Source: an uncultured bacterium (GTDB lineage: Bacteria; Planctomycetota; UBA1135; GCA-002686595). From it: 64,000 nucleotides of DNA. A program made the translations under genes and the position numbers. Within the stretch, counting starts at the first letter, position 1, and every line of letters starts with the position of its first letter. Location: NCBI GenBank assembly GCA_943787795.1, contig CALSNU010000001.1, positions 672,001 through 736,000 of the forward strand, given 5' to 3'. The notes under the pieces were generated by a model. That model was not told the origin of the DNA and did no database searches. It saw only the letters and a list, made by a program, of their open reading frames with translations. Of the stretch, positions 58,372-64,000 are shown in pieces.

Positions 58372-58461
58372 GAGTTCCGGCGTAGAGGACTCCGGGGCAG
58401 TGGCCTCCGGGGCAGTGGCCTCCGGGGCAGTGGCCTCCGGCGCAGGGGCCTCCGGCGCCGG
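58372..58461. repeat. 15-bp tandem repeat (GGCCTCCGGGGCAGT), about 6 copies
   Basis: Units at 58372, 58387, 58402, 58417, 58432 and 58447, immediately upstream of ATG 58465. Confidence 0.85.
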
Positions 58462-58464
58462 GGC

Positions 58465-59925
58465 ATGGTCCGCTGGCGGTGGGCTCTGGCGCTGTGGATC
58501 GCAGCCGTGGCGGGGGCCGGGCTTCAAGCGAGTCCTGGGCCGGGATGGGGGCCTGTACTGGGAGCACTCCTCGGGAGGCACTTCGCCGGCCTCCTGCCAG
58601 CGAGCATCGCCGGGCCGGAGGAGCAGGGACCCCTGGCCCGCCTCGATGGGTGGGCGGACGCCCCGGTCGAACTTGTTCGATCTGCGGCCCGCGGGCGCCC
58701 GCCCGGTCTCGGCGCGGCGGTCTCATTTGCTGCTGCCTCCCCGGGTGGGCCGGTGCTGCTCGGCGCGGCTCCGGCCGGCCTGTCGGCGGGGGTAGGAGGG
58801 CTCGTCCTTGGCGCGGCTCGGGGCGGGCCACAGCAGGGCTGGAGGGTCGGCGGCGCCGGCTCATGGTGGCAAGGGCCTTCCGGCCCCTCTGGCGCGCCGG
58901 GGCTGGAGGGCCCTTCCAGGGGAGATGATGAGCAAGGGCGGGCCATGGCGTCTGCGGTCGGGTGGACAGCCATCGGGGCGCCAAGCGCGCGGCTGGGCGA
59001 GTCACAGGTCGGCGCAGTCACGCTCGTTCACTTCAGCCCCGGAGCAGGCCGTGGAGTGACCACCCAGGTTCTGCGCCCTCCGGCTGGCATGGCCGGGGGA
59101 GGCTTCGGCGCGGCTCTTGCCTTCCTTGAAGCGAGGGGTGAACCCCGAGTGCTGGCGGTCGGCGCTCCGTTTGAGACGGACCCTGTGACAGGGCTGCCGC
59201 TGGTGGGGGCAGTGCACCTGTTCGAGCCGATCGGAGGTGCTGGCGATGCCCGGCTCTCCCGCTGGGGGCTGGTCCAGACCATGCGACCGGAGTCGCCTGG
59301 GATCGGGATGGCGTTCGGAGCCTCCCTCGCCTGGGTCGATGGGGACCTCGCGATCGGTGCCCCGGGTCATGGCAGCCTTGCGCCTGGGGCGGGGAGCGTC
59401 TTCGGGGTCTCGAGGTCCGGGGATCGACTCTGGTCCCTCGGGTCGCCGCAGGCGGGCGCGAGGTTTGGAGCCGCCGTCTGCTCACTGCCCGTGGCGTGGG
59501 GTCCAGGACGGCCCGGCCTCGCGGTGACCGCAGCCGGACGCGGGGTGGTTCATGTGCACGACCTCCTGGCGGGTGCCCCGCAGGTGGTCGCGACGCTTCG
59601 CGGCCGGCCTGGCGGAGGCTTTGGGCTCGCGCTGGCTGCGGTCGGGGAGCAGCTCCTGGTCGGGGCGCCGTTCGAAGGCGTGGGGGGGGTCCCGCTTGCC
59701 GGGCATGTCCAGCGCTTCCTCGCGGGTCGAGGTGAGGAGGCTGTCGAGACGCTCTCCGCGCCGTCGCCGACGATCGGTGGGGAGTTCGGGGTGTCCCTTG
59801 CGGCCTCTCGAGGGCGCGATGGCGTCCACTGGCTCGCTGTAGGCGAGCCGGGGAGTCATCACGGCTGCGATTCGATCCGCTCGAGCTGCCGCCCGGGTCG
59901 GGTCGCTGTCTTCGTGCTGCCGTGA
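58465..59925 (+). CDS. FG-GAP / integrin-alpha-like beta-propeller protein, exported
   Basis: Repeated FG..LA...LAVGAP....G.V motifs and a signal-like leader. Confidence 0.8.
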   Translation: MVRWRWALALWIAAVAGAGLQASPGPGWGPVLGALLGRHFAGLLPASIAGPEEQGPLARLDGWADAPVELVRSAARGRPPGLGAAVSFAAASPGGPVLLGAAPAGLSAGVGGLVLGAARGGPQQGWRVGGAGSWWQGPSGPSGAPGLEGPSRGDDEQGRAMASAVGWTAIGAPSARLGESQVGAVTLVHFSPGAGRGVTTQVLRPPAGMAGGGFGAALAFLEARGEPRVLAVGAPFETDPVTGLPLVGAVHLFEPIGGAGDARLSRWGLVQTMRPESPGIGMAFGASLAWVDGDLAIGAPGHGSLAPGAGSVFGVSRSGDRLWSLGSPQAGARFGAAVCSLPVAWGPGRPGLAVTAAGRGVVHVHDLLAGAPQVVATLRGRPGGGFGLALAAVGEQLLVGAPFEGVGGVPLAGHVQRFLAGRGEEAVETLSAPSPTIGGEFGVSLAASRGRDGVHWLAVGEPGSHHGCDSIRSSCRPGRVAVFVLP

Positions 59926-60071
59926 TCGAGTCGGAGGATCGCGATGAGGCTGGCCCGGCCCGGCGGCTTCGCCTTGACCGGGGCCCGATCGTAGGAACTC
60001 GACCACCTGACCTTGATCAGAGGGGCATGCGCTGGGGATGAGCCGCCGGCAAAGGGCATGGGCCAGCTCGA

Positions 60072-60899
60072 TCAGCGCCCGGTTCGCCGGATGGCCAAGA
60101 GGGTCATGTCGTCCGCCTTTCCCAGCTGATGAGAGCGGGAGCGCGAGGTCATTGACCGCCGCATCCTCTCGGAGCACAGATCTGTCAGGCGAGCCGTCGC
60201 CGCGGGGAGGGGGCCGGACCGGAGGCAGTCGACGACCTCGGACTGCCGCACATTGTCGGTCACTCCGTCGGTGGCGATGAGCGCCGTGTCCCCGCGCCTC
60301 AGGTCCATGCGAGGTCCGAGGTGGACGGACATGGACGCGACACCTAGCCCGTTGGAGACGAGGTGTCGTTCGGGGTGGGCCAGGGCTTGCTCCTCTTCAA
60401 TCAGGCCCCGTTGGAGCGCGCGACCCACCGGGGAGTGCGCTGGCGTGCGATACCGGCACGTCCCGTCGCTGGCGAGAATCATCACCTCCGCGTCTCCGGA
60501 GTGGAGCGTCTGGACCCGGTCGCCGCAAATGACCGCGCCTGCGATCGTGGCGCCGCCACCGGGATAGCGCTCCAGCACCTGGGCGTGGGCCTGCCGGACG
60601 GCCCGAATTGCCCTCTGGATCGGAGACCCCAGGTCCGTCGGCCGAGCGAGCTCCTCGGCAATGGTTGTGGCCGAGAGTCGTGCGACCTTGGCTCCGGACG
60701 CCATGCCTCCCATCCCGTCGATCGCGAATCCGATGAGCCCCTGTTCGCCCTCGGCGCCGAGGAAGGCCGAGTCCTCTCCATCGGCGCGGGCGGGGGAGGA
60801 GAGGCAGACCCAGCAGACCTCGAAGGGTCCGAGGGTGGCTTGCTTCACCGGAGCAGCGACCGCGCAGGGCTCGGGGAAGATGATCTCTGTCCAGCTCAT
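60072..60899 (-). CDS. PP2C-family Ser/Thr protein phosphatase
   Basis: GEDS, IDGMGG, HSGDA, HPERH, ATDGV, DDMT. Confidence 0.88.
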   Translation of the reverse strand: MSWTEIIFPEPCAVAAPVKQATLGPFEVCWVCLSSPARADGEDSAFLGAEGEQGLIGFAIDGMGGMASGAKVARLSATTIAEELARPTDLGSPIQRAIRAVRQAHAQVLERYPGGGATIAGAVICGDRVQTLHSGDAEVMILASDGTCRYRTPAHSPVGRALQRGLIEEEQALAHPERHLVSNGLGVASMSVHLGPRMDLRRGDTALIATDGVTDNVRQSEVVDCLRSGPLPAATARLTDLCSERMRRSMTSRSRSHQLGKADDMTLLAIRRTGR

Positions 60900-61005
60900 C
60901 GTGGGGTCGGCTCGGGGCCTCTGCGCCTCGCGCCAGACGGCGAAGTCGGCTGCGGTCTCCACGGCCGAAGGGGGCGCTCCGGTGCGGCCCGTTTGGATCT
61001 GAAGG

Positions 61006-62067
61006 TCAGCGCTCGGTGAGGACGGTGGACACGTTGAAGACCCGCCCGTCACGCCACAGGCGAACGGTCGTCGGCTCCTCTGGGGAGGCCTCGATGAGGG
61101 AGTTCGTGAAGCTCTGGGAGTCGGTGAGCTCGCGGGAGCCCACGGCCAACAGGATGTCGCCTTCCTTGATCTTGGCGGAGTCCGCGGGTGTGTCTGGATA
61201 GACCGACCGGACCTTGACCACGCTTCGCCCGGTGTACCCCGCCTCGCGATCGGCACGAAGCGACCGGCCAACCTCCCAGCGGGAGAAGGTGCCCACGCCG
61301 AGGTAGGCGCGCCTCACGCGCCCATGGGCAGCGATCTCGTCAACGACCTTGCGGACGATGGACGCAGGGATCGCGAACGCGAGCCCCTCGTCTCCATTGG
61401 AGGCGAGGCCCACGGCGACGGTGATCCCCACCGCTCGGCCCTCCACATCAACGAGCGGGCCGCCGCTGTTCCCTGGGTTGATCGCGGCGTCCGTCTGGAT
61501 GTAGTTCTCGTACTCGGCGATGTCGAGGTTGTTGCGGCCGTGCCCGTTCACGACGCCGAGCGTCACGGTGTGGCCGAGGCTCAGGGGGTTCCCGACCGCG
61601 AGCACAAGCTCCCCGACGGGCGGGAGCTCGGTGCGCAGGGCCATCGGTGAGAATTCCCGCTCGCCAGCGATCTTGAGGACCGCGAGATCGGTGGACTCGT
61701 CCGAACCCAGGAGCTCGGCATCGCAGCGCTCGCCGCTGGTGAAGACCACCCGGAAGGCGGTCGCACCGGTGATCACATGGTGGTTGGTGACCACGAGCCC
61801 TGACGAGTCGATGACCACGCCCGAACCGTCGAGAATCTTCCTCAGGCGACCGCGGCTCCTTCGGAAGGATTCCACCTGAACCACGGACCGGGCAGCGTCA
61901 GCGCTCGCGGTCTGGAGGGCCTGCGAGACCTGTGCGGCGGCCTGGCGCGGGTCCAGGTCGGTCTGTGGATACCGCTGCCCGAGACCAAACGCCGCGGCAA
62001 TGAGGCCTGCGGCGGCGGAGGCGAGGCCGAGGGTGCCGATCTGGGGGCGCCGTTGGGAGTGACTCAT
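61006..62067 (-). CDS. HtrA/DegS-like serine protease with one PDZ domain
   Basis: GSGVVI, TNHHV, TDLAVLK, AINPGNSGGP, RAYLGV...PDZ; N-terminal anchor. Confidence 0.93.
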   Translation of the reverse strand: MSHSQRRPQIGTLGLASAAAGLIAAAFGLGQRYPQTDLDPRQAAAQVSQALQTASADAARSVVQVESFRRSRGRLRKILDGSGVVIDSSGLVVTNHHVITGATAFRVVFTSGERCDAELLGSDESTDLAVLKIAGEREFSPMALRTELPPVGELVLAVGNPLSLGHTVTLGVVNGHGRNNLDIAEYENYIQTDAAINPGNSGGPLVDVEGRAVGITVAVGLASNGDEGLAFAIPASIVRKVVDEIAAHGRVRRAYLGVGTFSRWEVGRSLRADREAGYTGRSVVKVRSVYPDTPADSAKIKEGDILLAVGSRELTDSQSFTNSLIEASPEEPTTVRLWRDGRVFNVSTVLTER

Positions 62068-62393
62068 GGGAGCTTGGGACGAAATGGAGCGCGTTGTCTC
62101 GCCCGCTTACATTCCTCTTATAGCGTGCCATCGGGTCTTGGATGCGTTCCTGCATTCTTGGTCCAGATCGCTTACTCTCAACGTACGCCAACAATCGATG
62201 GCGCGGCCGTACCGACTAAGGGTGTTCCCCACGTCCTGGCGCAGATCCGATCCCGATCGGAGATGTGCTCCGACTGGAGACCGTTGCCTCCATCGGCCCC
62301 TTCCCTCAACAGTCTGCCCCTCAGCCACCTCGATAGAGCCCTCACCGCGGCAACTCTCGCCCCGGCGTCCTATCGATGAACCACCGACCTCCC

Positions 62394-63971
62394 ATGAAGT
62401 TCTTCATCAACAGCCTCTCCGCGCTCGCGCTGCTGATCGCTTTCAGCGCCGCACCCGCCCAAGCTCAAGAATGTCCGGCCGCAGCTGCCAAGGCCGCGGT
62501 GCAGAGCTCGACCTGCTGCGCCGCCACCTCTCGCGCCGCGGTCGTCGCCGCCAAGCCGGCGAAGAGTGAGTGCTGCCAGGAAGCGAAGGCCCAGACGGCC
62601 GCCGCGAAGAGCGAGTGCTGCTCGGAGACCAAGGCGAAGGCTGCGACCGTGGCGGTGAAGAAGAGCGACTGTGGCTCGACCTGCCCGACGACCAAGGCCG
62701 CCGTCGTGACCGCCAAGCCCGCAAAGAGCGAGTGCTGCCAGGAAGCGAAGGCCCAGACGGCCGCCGCAAAGAGCGAGTGCTGCTCGGAGACCAAGGCTGC
62801 TGTCGTGGCTGCGAAGCCCGCAAAGAGCGAGTGCTGCTCCGCGAACAAGGCGAAGGCCGCGACCGTGGCGGTGAAGAAGAGCGACTGCGGCTCGACCTGC
62901 CCGACGACCAAGGCCGCCGTCGTGGCCGCGAAGCCCGCGAAGAGCGAGTGCTGCCAGGAAGCAAAGGCCCAAACGGCCGCCGCGAAGAGCGAGTGCTGCT
63001 CGGAGACCAAGGCTGCCGTCGTGGCTGCGAAGCCCGCGAAGAGCGAGTGCTGCCAGGAAGCGAAGGCCCAGACGGCCGCCGCGAAGAGCGAGTGCTGCTC
63101 GGAGACCAAGGCCGCCGTCGTGGCCGCGAAGCCTGCGAAGAGCGAGTGCTGCCAGGAAGCGAAGGCCCAGACGGCCGCCGCGAAGAGCGAGTGCTGCTCG
63201 GAGACCAAGGCTGCTGTCGTGGCTGCGAAGCCCGCGAAGAGCGAGTGCTGCCAGGAAGCGAAGGCCCAGACGGCCGCCGCGAAGAGCGAGTGCTGCTCGG
63301 AGACCAAGGCTGCCGTCGTGGCTGCGAAGCCCGCGAAGAGCGAGTGCTGCCAGGAAGCGAAGGCCCAGACGGCCGCCGCGAAGAGCGAGTGCTGCTCGGA
63401 GACCAAGGCCGCCGTCGTGGCCGCGAAGCCCGCGAAGAGCGAGTGCTGCCTCGAGTCCAAGGCCGCCAAGGCCGGGCAGGTCGTCGAGTGTGACTCGGCC
63501 TGCGCCAGCGAGAAGGCTTCGACCGTGGCCGCCAAGCCGGTGAAGAGCGAGTGCTGCTCGGAGACCAAGGCCGCGACCGTGGCTGCCAAGCCGGCCAAGA
63601 GCGAGTGCTGCTCCGAGACCCAGCCGAAGGCTGCGACCGTCGCCGTCACGAAGAGCGATTGCGGCTCGACGTGCCCGACGGCGAAGGCCGCCGTCGTGGC
63701 TGCGAAGCCCGCGAAGGTCGAGTGCTGCTCGACCGAGAAGGCCGCCACCGTGGCTGCCAAGCCGGCCAAGAGCGAGTGCTGCCAGGCCGCCAAGGCTCAG
63801 ACCGTGGCTGCGAAGAGCGAGTGCTGCGCCGCATCCAAGGAGAAGGCCGCGACCGTGGCCGCCAAGCCGGTGAAGAGCCAGTGCTGCTCGGAGACCAAGG
63901 GCAAGGCGACGACCGTGGCGAGCAAGGTGGTCGAGACCTGCTGCGAGTCGAAGTCCGCCGACAAGAACTGA
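62394..63971 (+). CDS. Secreted cysteine-rich tandem-repeat protein ('KSECC' repeats), function unknown
   Basis: Sec signal MKFFINSLSALALLIAFSAAPAQA; 24 CC pairs, 4 CxxxC motifs and 1 lone Cys. The 99-bp repeat copies differ at synonymous positions. Confidence 0.85.
   Translation: MKFFINSLSALALLIAFSAAPAQAQECPAAAAKAAVQSSTCCAATSRAAVVAAKPAKSECCQEAKAQTAAAKSECCSETKAKAATVAVKKSDCGSTCPTTKAAVVTAKPAKSECCQEAKAQTAAAKSECCSETKAAVVAAKPAKSECCSANKAKAATVAVKKSDCGSTCPTTKAAVVAAKPAKSECCQEAKAQTAAAKSECCSETKAAVVAAKPAKSECCQEAKAQTAAAKSECCSETKAAVVAAKPAKSECCQEAKAQTAAAKSECCSETKAAVVAAKPAKSECCQEAKAQTAAAKSECCSETKAAVVAAKPAKSECCQEAKAQTAAAKSECCSETKAAVVAAKPAKSECCLESKAAKAGQVVECDSACASEKASTVAAKPVKSECCSETKAATVAAKPAKSECCSETQPKAATVAVTKSDCGSTCPTAKAAVVAAKPAKVECCSTEKAATVAAKPAKSECCQAAKAQTVAAKSECCAASKEKAATVAAKPVKSQCCSETKGKATTVASKVVETCCESKSADKN
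62912..63449 (+). repeat. 99-bp (33-aa) coding tandem repeat, five full copies plus a partial one
   Basis: CCAGGAAG recurs at 62954, 63053, 63152, 63251 and 63350; unit AAVVAAKPAKSECCQEAKAQTAAAKSECCSETK. Confidence 0.93.
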
Positions 63972-64000
63972 GCTTGACTCCCGAAGGGCCTCTGGCCTGA

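Noticed and set aside
62465..63793. 442-aa antisense ORF and other-frame ORFs over the KSECC gene
   Set aside because: They are shadows of a stop-poor repeat. The plus frame has a signal peptide, GC3-rich codons and synonymous variation between copies.

Overview
High-GC bacterial chromosomal window. It is most consistent with a Planctomycetota lineage; this is an inference from gene content (futalosine mqnA, a YdjY-like protein, divergent ECF-type regulators, weak or absent Shine-Dalgarno sites). It is mostly housekeeping and metabolic: thyX, cls, ino1, fabI, queA, queG, thiE, glpK, pdxA, mqnA, mpg, a topoisomerase IV-like A/B pair, tRNA-Ser(TGA), several peptidases, and an H-NOX/HNOBA kinase operon. 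I saw no integrase, transposase or CRISPR array. The most unusual item is a signal-peptide-bearing 525-aa protein built almost entirely of 'KSECC' vicinal-cysteine repeats (57 Cys by hand count), divergently transcribed from an HtrA protease. Other unusual items: a degenerate ECF-sigma-like gene coupled to a large pseudo-ATPase enhancer-binding-like protein; an ECF sigma with a zinc-less soluble TPR anti-sigma candidate; a secreted phage-tailspike-like beta-helix protein beside the tRNA; a ThyX with a non-canonical motif; and several intergenic tandem-repeat arrays. Three +1 frameshifts in short homopolymers suggest assembly errors. All family calls are from motif recognition by eye; no searches were run.
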